DNA of 64,000 nt from Candidatus Aenigmatarchaeota archaeon (GTDB lineage: Archaea; Aenigmatarchaeota; Aenigmatarchaeia; CG10238-14; SpSt-28): assembly GCA_038733315.1 (NCBI GenBank), contig JAVYPJ010000001.1, positions 71,863 through 135,862 of the forward strand, given 5' to 3'. This document shows, piece after piece, positions 30,481-39,245 of this stretch. Numbering within the stretch: position 1 is the stretch's first letter; each line of letters starts with the position of its first letter. The notes under the pieces were generated by a model. That model had not been told where the DNA came from and made no database searches. It saw only the letters and a program-made list of their open reading frames with translations. The translations under genes were made by a program, and so were the position numbers.

Positions 30481-30500
30481 TTGCAACAAAAATATTATTT

Positions 30501-31088
30501 ATGAATCTGAAAGAAATGAAAGAGGTTTTAGAGAAAAATTATTTACCGCTATATCATCCGTTTTTACCCTACAAAGTTTTATATTTGGGAACGTGTGATA
30601 AAGATAAGAATCCTAATTTGACTGTTATTTCTTTTGCTAAGGTTGTAAATGAAAAAACCATAGCGATACCTAATATAGCGCTTCTTAAATCTATAAAAAA
30701 TATAGAGGAAAATCCAAATGTAACCTTAGTTTCCCATATATACAAGAAATTTGAATTCTACGGTCCATGGTATCTTAGGCCAATTAATTTTATAACAAAA
30801 AACATTATTAAAGAGCTTCCAACATCTTTTTTTGGTCTTATAAAATTCAAATTTTTAATTTTTTTATATTCCTATTTTCTAAAGTTTTTCCTACCAAAAC
30901 TTCCATACAAAATATTGCCATGCGAAGAAAAATTTTATGAGTTTAGAGGCAAAGCAAAAATAGTTAAGTATGGTAGTATTTATGAAAAAATGAATAATTT
31001 TATTAAAGCTGCCCTAGGAAAAGATTTTAATTTAGAGAGTGTTGTGATAATAGAAATAGAGGAAATTAGAGAATGGTCGAGGAAATAA
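30501..31088 (+). CDS. Pyridoxamine 5'-phosphate oxidase-like (FMN split-barrel) protein
   Basis: LGTCDKDKNPN, KSIKNIEENPNV, YEFRGKAKI, IEIEEI. Confidence 0.75.
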   Translation: MNLKEMKEVLEKNYLPLYHPFLPYKVLYLGTCDKDKNPNLTVISFAKVVNEKTIAIPNIALLKSIKNIEENPNVTLVSHIYKKFEFYGPWYLRPINFITKNIIKELPTSFFGLIKFKFLIFLYSYFLKFFLPKLPYKILPCEEKFYEFRGKAKIVKYGSIYEKMNNFIKAALGKDFNLESVVIIEIEEIREWSRK

Positions 31089-31846
31089 GCATATATAGCG
31101 ATGTAATTAAAAAAAGGATTGAAGATGAAAGTAAAGGTGTAGAGAGTGATATAAACATTTCTCAGGAAATGAAAGATGCTCTGGAAAAAAATTTTGATGA
31201 AACTTTTTCAAAAGAAAAACCATTTTACTACCATTATCTATGCATCGGAAAAAAACCAAAAGTAATACCGATAAAAAAATTAACTGTAATAGAGAAAAAC
31301 AAAATACTAATAGAATTTGAAAGGCCTTTAAAACTTAGAGGTAGAGCTAGTTTGATGTGCTGTTTATATTCTAGAATAGAGAAAAAAGAGAATTTCTTAA
31401 TTTCTAAGGCTATTGGAGTAAAAGAAATGAAAGGCTGGCAATTCAAAGGAAATTTATATCAATATGAAAAAGGATATAAAAAATATATTTTGGAAGTGGA
31501 TGAAATTTATTGTGCAATAAGTGGAAAAAAGCTACAAGAAAGTAAAAAAAGGTCGAGAATAAAGTTAATAAATGGTATAATTAAGTTTTTCTATAGATTA
31601 AGTGGAAAAGTTTCTATGAGAATAGCAAAAAATGTGCTTAAAAAATATGGGATAAAAATGAAAGATGAAAAGATAATTGGAGAATTGGAAGATTTAGAAT
31701 TTGATAATTTAATATCGGATTTGATACAAGAGTATTCGAAAATATACGGAAAAAGGTTTGCGTCTTACATTCCAGAGCTATTGGGATATCTCTCGGAAAC
31801 ATTTAGAGTTTCTCCAAAAAAAGAATGGAGACCGATAGGAAAATAA
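31073..31846 (+). CDS. Hypothetical protein, possible degenerate split-barrel plus helical domain
   Basis: GWQFKG...ILEVDEIY resembles the preceding gene. Confidence 0.5.
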   Translation: MVEEISIYSDVIKKRIEDESKGVESDINISQEMKDALEKNFDETFSKEKPFYYHYLCIGKKPKVIPIKKLTVIEKNKILIEFERPLKLRGRASLMCCLYSRIEKKENFLISKAIGVKEMKGWQFKGNLYQYEKGYKKYILEVDEIYCAISGKKLQESKKRSRIKLINGIIKFFYRLSGKVSMRIAKNVLKKYGIKMKDEKIIGELEDLEFDNLISDLIQEYSKIYGKRFASYIPELLGYLSETFRVSPKKEWRPIGK

Positions 31847-31883
31847 TCCGCTACTTTTAATCAGTAAAAATCTTTAAATCTTT

Positions 31884-32303
31884 ATGGAGAAAAACATAGC
31901 TTTTTTTATAAGAATTGAAAAGTTAAGAAAATCTGCAAAGAAGAAAAAGATAGAAAAAAATGCCGCTCTAAAAGCATTAAGAGAAGCCTATGAGAATAGA
32001 ATTATCTTTAAATCTCAAAAAGACCTAATTCTATATTTACAAAGCAAATTCAAAGACAAAAAATTACCAAGTAAAGAAAAGATAAGAAAAGCCGCTATAA
32101 TTGCGGGATATAAAATAAAATATTTTACCAAAAAAATTGAGAAAGAATTTGAAAAATGCCCAATATGCTCATCAAATTTTTCAGAACATTATTCTATTAA
32201 TTTAAAAGGAGAAAAGATTTTAGATTTTTATTTTTGTAAGTTTTGTGGATTTAAAACAAAAGATAAAAAGGATTTGCCTATAAAATTTAAATTTATTCTG
32301 TAG
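31884..32303 (+). CDS. Hypothetical Zn-ribbon protein
   Basis: CPIC...CKFCGF; basic. Confidence 0.6.
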   Translation: MEKNIAFFIRIEKLRKSAKKKKIEKNAALKALREAYENRIIFKSQKDLILYLQSKFKDKKLPSKEKIRKAAIIAGYKIKYFTKKIEKEFEKCPICSSNFSEHYSINLKGEKILDFYFCKFCGFKTKDKKDLPIKFKFIL

Positions 32304-33039
32304 CCCTCGGCGCCACTACAAAATCTAAGATCATTTTATCCGTTTCTTTAAAGGTTAGTTTTATCGGAAAATCTGTAGCCCACTGAACTATTACTGTATC
32401 TGCAATTCTAGCAACTTTACTCATTGCAACTAAGTAATCTAACGGATACCTAGCCTTGCTTACTTCCTCTGCTTGTAAATCAAATAAAATATCTTGACCT
32501 TTCTCTATTTCAATATCTAAGGAACTTAGTTCTCCGATAGCGTAAAATCTTATTTTATTACCATCTGTAAATATCTCTATTTCGTCTGCAATTTGTTTAG
32601 CGTCGTCTAAGATTTTTCTAAACCCTTCGCTACTCAATTCTGCCTTTGCCTTAAAAGATAGACTATCTATATTAGGTAATTCTTCTTCTGTTAAAGATAA
32701 AATTGGCATTGAAAATTTTCTTTTTGTAGTATTTTCGAACGAAATTATTAATTTACCCGCTTCATCGTACATCACTAATTTATCTTTTTTTGTTCCCCTT
32801 TTTAGTATTGTTTTTAACTCATCCAAATTTACACCTATGGCTTCTTTATCTACCTCGAACTCATCGAAAGCTATTGGTAAAATATTTAGCCTTATTACAG
32901 AAATTAAAGCCTTGTCAGCAGCTGTAAATATTAAGCCTTTATCTTTTTCTATTTTTATTATCCCCTCTTCTACTAACTTGCTTATGCTATCAAAAATATC
33001 TCTTAAAGATGTTGTTTCGTAAGTCGATATTCTGAACAT
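32293..33039 (-). CDS. pcn: PCNA sliding clamp
   Basis: LVEEG, ARYPLDYL, DFPIKL, FVVAPR. Confidence 0.95.
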   Translation of the reverse strand: MFRISTYETTSLRDIFDSISKLVEEGIIKIEKDKGLIFTAADKALISVIRLNILPIAFDEFEVDKEAIGVNLDELKTILKRGTKKDKLVMYDEAGKLIISFENTTKRKFSMPILSLTEEELPNIDSLSFKAKAELSSEGFRKILDDAKQIADEIEIFTDGNKIRFYAIGELSSLDIEIEKGQDILFDLQAEEVSKARYPLDYLVAMSKVARIADTVIVQWATDFPIKLTFKETDKMILDFVVAPRATE

Positions 33040-33054
33040 AAAATAGTAATAAAT

Positions 33055-33336
33055 TTAAATATAAAGATTTTTATACTTCTGAAACAAATCATTAACTTTT
33101 TTAAAATCTTCAAAATCTATTTTTTGAACAATATCAACTATAAAATCATCCTTATCTTTTGTAAAAAAAACCCTCACAAAATCGTTAGTATTAACCTTAA
33201 ATACCGATAAAAACAAAATTTCAGAATTTTCCAACTTAAATCCTTCGTCTCTTATCTCAGAAACCTTTCCATAAGTAAAATACTTTCCATCTTTTAATTC
33301 TTTTGATATTTCGGTTGTTTCTATGAAGCTATACAT
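33055..33336 (-). CDS. Small OB-fold protein (RPA14-like)
   Basis: GKV...FVRVF...DIVQKID pattern; next to PCNA. Confidence 0.55.
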   Translation of the reverse strand: MYSFIETTEISKELKDGKYFTYGKVSEIRDEGFKLENSEILFLSVFKVNTNDFVRVFFTKDKDDFIVDIVQKIDFEDFKKVNDLFQKYKNLYI

Positions 33337-33345
33337 AATTTATTT

Positions 33346-33675
33346 TTAATAACTTCTCCAAGAATAGTTACACTTAGTACATATATAAAATATAGTAGGT
33401 GGTTCATCTGCACTTCTGGTTTGCTGAACATAATAATATGCTTCTTGATTTCCGCATTTTGGGCAAACTACGTTTGTTTTTGGTAAATTTTTTTCTTTAT
33501 CCTTTTTTGTAACCACTACAGCTTCTTCAAACTCTTTTCTTACTTTCGTTTTTATAGTTATTTGTTCCTTCTTGTCTAGGGAATAGTTTTTTTCACACTT
33601 TCTACAATATAGAAAAGTTTTACCCTTTTTTCTAACAGGTATTAAAACTGTTCCACACTTTTGACAGGTTCTCAT
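33346..33675 (-). CDS. tfs: Transcription factor S
   Basis: Two Zn ribbons; QTRSADEPPTIFY. Confidence 0.95.
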   Translation of the reverse strand: MRTCQKCGTVLIPVRKKGKTFLYCRKCEKNYSLDKKEQITIKTKVRKEFEEAVVVTKKDKEKNLPKTNVVCPKCGNQEAYYYVQQTRSADEPPTIFYICTKCNYSWRSY

Positions 33676-33758
33676 TATATAAAGTAATTTCAACTATTTA
33701 TATTTTTTGACGACGCAATAAAAAATAGATATTAATATAATTTTTTGAAGATATTTTT

Positions 33759-34187
33759 ATGAAGGGTATATCTCCGCTAATAGCTACAATTATATTAATA
33801 GGTATAACCGTAATTATTGCTGGTGTTTTAGGCTTATGGGCGGCGAACTTTGTAACTTCGAAAACACAAGAAATAGGCCAAGGTACTACTGAAATAATGA
33901 GATTTAAATGTGATTTTATGAAATTTACCGTAGTTTCTAAAAACACACTTAATAATAATATTAGCTTTATTATATTGAACGATGGACCCATAGACATTAA
34001 TGGTCTCTCATTTACATTTATAGATCTTGATGATCAGAACAATATTAAAAATGTTGCTGGGATCGAAACGAACACTACATTAAAAAGAGCTTCTTACTCA
34101 AGAATAGAAATTCCAATTCTGCTAAATGATTATAACAAAATAGAGATTAGAAGTATAGAATGTCCAAACGTTAAAGCAGAGGAATAA
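33759..34187 (+). CDS. Archaeal type IV pilin
   Basis: Class III signal MKG/ISPLIATIILIGITV. Confidence 0.9.
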   Translation: MKGISPLIATIILIGITVIIAGVLGLWAANFVTSKTQEIGQGTTEIMRFKCDFMKFTVVSKNTLNNNISFIILNDGPIDINGLSFTFIDLDDQNNIKNVAGIETNTTLKRASYSRIEIPILLNDYNKIEIRSIECPNVKAEE

Positions 34188-34192
34188 AAACC

Positions 34193-35020
34193 TTAAGCTG
34201 ATAAAGAAAATGTCAAGTAACCTATTATCATTAGTATTATAGAGTACCTTAAACCAACTATTACACTACCTTCGCTCATCTTTCCAATTAATAATCCGTT
34301 AAAAAAACTCTGAATTAGTATAAGATGTAATATTATATTTTTAATTTCTAAGATGTTAATATTAACTTTTTTTTGAAATATTGCTCCGCTTTGATATTCT
34401 CCTATGGTTGGAATTAAAAACTTTAAAAGAATTATTATTATTGCTAAAAACATAAAGTAAATTAAAAATCCGTTAACTTTTGTTGGAGCGGCTATCATTT
34501 CCCTTTCTTTTTTAATTTTTTCGGATTCTATTAAGCTACTTATTGTAGCTTCTATAACAGAACTCATATCTCCACCAGCTTTAACAGCCTCTCCAACTGT
34601 TAAACTTAATTTTTTTATTAATTTAGATTCGCTCCTTTTTGCTAAGTTATATAGCGCTTTATCGAAAGGTATTCCTAATTTTATTTCTGAGGCCATTTTC
34701 TTAACTAAGGGTGTTAAAGATTTATAATCGTTATTCGCTATATCCTCAAAAATTAGAACTATATTCTTTCCGCTTTTAATACCTTCTGAAAGGTCTCTTA
34801 GAAAAGATGAAAAGTATACTTCCATTTCTTTTCTTGTTTTTTCTTTTTGATTTAAGATTAAAAATATTATAATTAGTGGCACGAATATCGCTAACGCATT
34901 TAGAAAAACATTAATAATTAAAACGTTTAAAATTTTTGATAAAATCAAATTATTAAAGAAAAGCAGAAAAATTCCAAAAACTACAGATATTATTATTGAT
35001 AAAATTTCTTCCGATTTCAT
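34193..35020 (-). CDS. Type IV pilus platform membrane protein (TadC/GspF-like)
   Basis: FLRDLSEGIKSG, LGIPF, AGGD, GKMSEG. Confidence 0.88.
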   Translation of the reverse strand: MKSEEILSIIISVVFGIFLLFFNNLILSKILNVLIINVFLNALAIFVPLIIIFLILNQKEKTRKEMEVYFSSFLRDLSEGIKSGKNIVLIFEDIANNDYKSLTPLVKKMASEIKLGIPFDKALYNLAKRSESKLIKKLSLTVGEAVKAGGDMSSVIEATISSLIESEKIKKEREMIAAPTKVNGFLIYFMFLAIIIILLKFLIPTIGEYQSGAIFQKKVNINILEIKNIILHLILIQSFFNGLLIGKMSEGSVIVGLRYSIILMIIGYLTFSLSA

Positions 35021-35871
35021 ATTTCTACTTCTATCCCCTTAATGAAAACTAAGAAAAATATATTTAAAAAGGGTAAAATTATATAAGTAAATATTTTAAA
35101 TAAATCTGTTAGAGAAATGCCGCCAACACTTTCTTGAATAGCGGCCATAACTATCATTATAGATACTAAGAATAATGGCAAAGAGACTACAAGACCTATG
35201 TATATTTCACTTATTGTTCCTAATCTTTGCAAGAAGCTTTCCTTTTTTATTCTCCAATCAAACATCAGATAATCATAGGTTATCTTAAGATATTTTTTTA
35301 AATCACCTCCACTCTCTATTATTGAAGCCAAGTTTCCTAAGAATTTTTGAAAAATAGGAGAGCATGTTGTTGATGCAACCTCTTTAATAGCTGAAATAAA
35401 ATCTATCCCATAGTTTTCTACTCTAATAACTACTTCCTTTAGCTCCTTTGATAATGCCCCATACTCTTCGAAATTAGAGATAATCTTAAAAATAAGATAA
35501 GGATTTATGTTGCTTTCTGAAATAGCCATCATATGAGAAACCGCACTTATAAAATTGTTTTCTATTTCTCTCCTATAATCGCTTTCTCCCTGAATAGCCC
35601 CGAAATAAAAAGTTAGGAAAACTGTTATAGGGATTAAAAAGGGTATTAAAGATTTAAGTATAAAGAATTCCTTAGGTATATTGATTGGTATGAAAAAAAT
35701 AAATATACCTATTATAAAAGATAGAAAAGTATAGAAAAACATTCTAGCTAAATAAATAGAATAAAGAGTTTTTGATCTAGTAGATGTTAGGGCTCTCTTA
35801 ATTCTTAAGAAAAATTTCAGCTTCTTAACTCTTTCCACTAACCAAGAAAACAGTGAATACTCTATACTCAT
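35017..35871 (-). CDS. Type IV pilus platform membrane protein (TadB/C-like)
   Basis: EYGALSKE, YGID, SGGDL; multi-TM. Confidence 0.88.
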   Translation of the reverse strand: MSIEYSLFSWLVERVKKLKFFLRIKRALTSTRSKTLYSIYLARMFFYTFLSFIIGIFIFFIPINIPKEFFILKSLIPFLIPITVFLTFYFGAIQGESDYRREIENNFISAVSHMMAISESNINPYLIFKIISNFEEYGALSKELKEVVIRVENYGIDFISAIKEVASTTCSPIFQKFLGNLASIIESGGDLKKYLKITYDYLMFDWRIKKESFLQRLGTISEIYIGLVVSLPLFLVSIMIVMAAIQESVGGISLTDLFKIFTYIILPFLNIFFLVFIKGIEVEI

Positions 35872-35879
35872 AAAATATT

Positions 35880-37484
35880 TTAAGTTTCCACAACAAAAAT
35901 ATAACCGAGTTTTTTTGTTATATCACTTTCTTTTAATTTAAGGATTTTTCTTTTTGCTTCCTCATATTCAATCTTACCCTCTATCATTTGCATTAAAGTT
36001 TTTTTATCCTTATAATACATCTTTATTATTTCCGCTACCTCTTCATAACTTTTTTTATTATTTTTTTGCATCCATTCAATAACCTTAATTCTATCTTCTA
36101 TTTCTTTAATAGCGTTTTCCATCGTAATACCATATTTTTCACAGATTTTTGGAATCAGTAAGCTTTCACTTGCTTTTTCATAAGAATCTGTAAATGGATT
36201 CCATCTATATGTTATGTTTTGCATAACCTCACCCCTTTCATCGATTCCACCAATCTCCACAATCTCCTTAATTCTTCTAGCATATTCTCCTTTTTCTTTA
36301 GCCCTTTTCATTACTATTACAAAATCTAAGGCTTCTACTAGTCCGATTGGTAATTCTATTGGTGGAGAAATCAATCTTTTAACTAAGGAGCTAACATCTT
36401 CTGCATGGAATGTAGATATACTCGCATGACCAGAAGCCATACCTTGAAACATAACATAAACTTCTCTACCTCTTGTTTCCCCAACAATAACATATTCTGG
36501 ATTCATTCTAAAACTTTCTCTTAGTAAATCAAAAAGGGTTACTTCTCCATATTTACTTCCACTAGGAAGCGGTAAACCAAAACCTACTCTAGTAACTAAA
36601 GGAACCCAATGCTCATGAACAAATCTCAATTCTCTTGTATCTTCTATACTTACAATCTTGGCATCTGGTCTAATAAAAATTCCTAAGCTATTTAAAAAGC
36701 TCGTTTTTCCACTTCCTACACCGCCAATTATTAAAAAAGATGTTTTATGCTCTATTAGAAACCATAAATATGCTAAAATTTCGCTATTTACAGTTTTTAA
36801 GTCTATTAATTCTATTGGAGAAAATGGTTTCTCAGTAAATTTTCTTATAGTAAAAGATGGGCCTTTTTGAGATATCTCTTCGCTAAAAGTTGCGCTAACT
36901 CTTGAGCCATCCGGTAAAGTTCCTTCTAAAATGGGTTCAGCATAAGATACGTATCTTCCACATTTTTGAGATAATTTGATTATGAATTCCTTTAGCTTTT
37001 CTATATCTCTAAAAATAATATTAGTTCTTATGTTTCCAAAGTATCTATGAGTTACGTATATTGGCAAATTAACTCCACTACAGCTTATGTCCTCTATGTA
37101 TGGATCGTGCATTAATGGCTCTATTTCGTTTAAACCTATAAAATCTCTAAAAATATAATAACTAATTTTCAGAAAACTTTCGCTATCAACCTTAATTTTC
37201 AATATACTTATTACTTTCTTAATAGCCTCTTCTACTGTTTTATTTAGTATTTCTTTATTTTTAACTTTTTCTAAATCTATGTCCAAATATTCTAAGATAA
37301 GCTCTTTTATTCTTTCTAACGTTTTCTTCTCACTATCATTTAGCTCTGGCTCTATTACTTCGTAAAAAATACTTTTATCTTCTTTGTTATAGAAAATGTG
37401 AGCATATGCATATGGTTTTATTAATTCATATTTTATATTTAGATTTTCGATTTTCTCCGGGATTTTTATTTCAAGTATTTCCAT
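35880..37484 (-). CDS. Type II/IV secretion (pilus assembly) ATPase
   Basis: DPYIEDISC, TIRKF, GGVGSGKT, SIEDTRE, VGETRGRE, TFHA. Confidence 0.95.
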   Translation of the reverse strand: MEILEIKIPEKIENLNIKYELIKPYAYAHIFYNKEDKSIFYEVIEPELNDSEKKTLERIKELILEYLDIDLEKVKNKEILNKTVEEAIKKVISILKIKVDSESFLKISYYIFRDFIGLNEIEPLMHDPYIEDISCSGVNLPIYVTHRYFGNIRTNIIFRDIEKLKEFIIKLSQKCGRYVSYAEPILEGTLPDGSRVSATFSEEISQKGPSFTIRKFTEKPFSPIELIDLKTVNSEILAYLWFLIEHKTSFLIIGGVGSGKTSFLNSLGIFIRPDAKIVSIEDTRELRFVHEHWVPLVTRVGFGLPLPSGSKYGEVTLFDLLRESFRMNPEYVIVGETRGREVYVMFQGMASGHASISTFHAEDVSSLVKRLISPPIELPIGLVEALDFVIVMKRAKEKGEYARRIKEIVEIGGIDERGEVMQNITYRWNPFTDSYEKASESLLIPKICEKYGITMENAIKEIEDRIKVIEWMQKNNKKSYEEVAEIIKMYYKDKKTLMQMIEGKIEYEEAKRKILKLKESDITKKLGYIFVVET

Positions 37485-37488
37485 AAAA

Positions 37489-37773
37489 TTAATATATCTT
37501 CAACTTTTTTCTAACAGCTTTTCCAGGCTGAACAACCCCTAAGAATCTTGCACATTTTGGGCAAACTCTTAATTTAATAGTGGATAGACTTACTAAATTC
37601 GGATTTATACTTTTAACAATTACAGCATCTTTTAATGTCTGTTTTTTATTTAAAACAAATGTTTTATATCTAGGATATAATCCGCCGCATAAATCGCAGT
37701 GTATATGATATTCGTTACCTCTAGCTTTTGTGTGCTCATATGTTCTTTTATATGGAGCTTTGCTTATCGGCAT
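37489..37773 (-). CDS. rps26e: Ribosomal protein eS26-like
   Basis: RG...I.CDLCG..PR.K ... CPKCARFLGVV. Confidence 0.7.
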   Translation of the reverse strand: MPISKAPYKRTYEHTKARGNEYHIHCDLCGGLYPRYKTFVLNKKQTLKDAVIVKSINPNLVSLSTIKLRVCPKCARFLGVVQPGKAVRKKLKIY

Positions 37774-37797
37774 AGAAAAAATATCTTAAAAAATATA

Positions 37798-38250
37798 TTA
37801 ATATTTCTCTGTTCTATCAAAATCGTAATACGATGCTATTTTCTCAAAAAATCCTTTTAAATCTTTATCGTTACTAAAAATCTTTTCTATAAGTTTAAAT
37901 AAATCGTATCTACAAATTGGCTTTCCTTTTAATTCTTTTAGCCTTTCTATATATTTTTCATCTACTTTTCTTTTTTTGAGAAGCTCGATTATTTTTTCTA
38001 GTATTGCGTCATTAATATCACTCTTTGGTGGAGTTAAGAAAAGCGGTTCTTTACATACAACACAATTAATTACAGAGCTTGGACTTTCTTCTTCTAAAAT
38101 TTCCTCATAATCATCAAATTCTTCATAAAAATCAAATTTGAAGCGCAGGAAACTCTCAGTTAATATTTTATTTAGGTTCTTTATCGACCGGGCATAAGGG
38201 CAATTTCCTCCCCGGTCGTTGTCTTTAATGTCTTTGATGGGAATATCATT
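37798..38250 (-). CDS. Unannotated ORF with no in-frame ATG/GTG/TTG; Cys-containing hypothetical protein
   Basis: 150 open codons (...EEFDDYEEILEEESPSSVINCVVCKEPLF...KPICRYDLFK...); out-of-frame ATG at 38126-38124. Confidence 0.6.
   Translation of the reverse strand, partial: NDIPIKDIKDNDRGGNCPYARSIKNLNKILTESFLRFKFDFYEEFDDYEEILEEESPSSVINCVVCKEPLFLTPPKSDINDAILEKIIELLKKRKVDEKYIERLKELKGKPICRYDLFKLIEKIFSNDKDLKGFFEKIASYYDFDRTEKY
38185..38218. other. GC-rich hairpin
   Basis: Perfect 8-bp stem CGACCGGG/CCCGGTCG with an inner AGG/CCT pairing. Confidence 0.7.
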
Positions 38251-38456
38251 TTACCTAAGCATACTGTATTAGAATATGCCCATCCACAAGAACTATAAGA
38301 AATAGAATAATCTAAGAAAGTTTTATGTAAGCTGCTTAGCTTGATGTTTTTTTGATTCCTGGTCATACTACCTATAAATTTAAAATAGTAATAATTCTAT
38401 ATTTAAAGATTTCTATTATTTATTATTAGTTTTTATAACGAGTATATTTTAAATTT

Positions 38457-39245
38457 ATGGATTTTGAAGTTTTTTTTAATTTCATAAAAAATAAGGATTT
38501 ATTAAAAGAAAAAATTAAGGGAATTAAAGAGACTCCAAAAATAAATTTAAAAAATGTTTGGAAAAATTATTTGCCAAGAGAAAAAGGGGATTGCTGCGTA
38601 GCAATAGATGGAAGCTACAATTATCTAAAATTCAGATCTATGATTTTTTACGTTATTAACATTTCATCTGTTTTTTATTATAATGACGAAAAAATAGAAA
38701 CCAAAAGTTTTCCAGAGTTTAATGTTACAGAAGATTTTCTATTCTTTGAAGATGTTTTAAGGTCTGAAATGATTAATAGAGAACTCGAAATTGCATCCAA
38801 TCTTTGCAAAGATTTTAACGTTATGATAGATGGCTCTTTAAACTCTTTCCTAAACTTTATAACAAAAGATAAAAGAAAGGAAATTTTGAGTAAATTTGAA
38901 AGCACAAATAAATTAGTTTTTTCTATATCAAAAACACCAATTAAAAAAATAGATGAAAGTATTGAGATGGGCTTTTCTGATATGTTTGAAAAATATAAAG
39001 AGAATAATATAGTATCCTTTTTCTTTAAGTTAAGAGAGGATTCTCTTACATTTAAAGTGGAAACGTTTGAAAAAAATAAAAATAAAATTGAAGAAATTGT
39101 TTCTTTAATAAGATTTTTTGAATTTAGAGGATATCCATATTTATTAATTAAAGCGCATAGAAAAGCGAAGATTACAAATAAAGATATGGAAAAGTTTGCG
39201 AACATTTTAGAAATAAAAGAGAAAACTGGTAGAGAAATATTATGA
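38457..39245 (+). CDS. nurA: NurA nuclease
   Basis: AIDGS, MIDGSL, SISKT, GYPYLLIKAH. Confidence 0.9.
   Translation: MDFEVFFNFIKNKDLLKEKIKGIKETPKINLKNVWKNYLPREKGDCCVAIDGSYNYLKFRSMIFYVINISSVFYYNDEKIETKSFPEFNVTEDFLFFEDVLRSEMINRELEIASNLCKDFNVMIDGSLNSFLNFITKDKRKEILSKFESTNKLVFSISKTPIKKIDESIEMGFSDMFEKYKENNIVSFFFKLREDSLTFKVETFEKNKNKIEEIVSLIRFFEFRGYPYLLIKAHRKAKITNKDMEKFANILEIKEKTGREIL

Noticed and set aside
38185..38218. Hairpin as SECIS element, split-tRNA half or att site
   Set aside because: No GAA/A archaeal SECIS core, no in-frame UGA gene nearby, no T- or D-loop consensus and no real match to either tRNA end.
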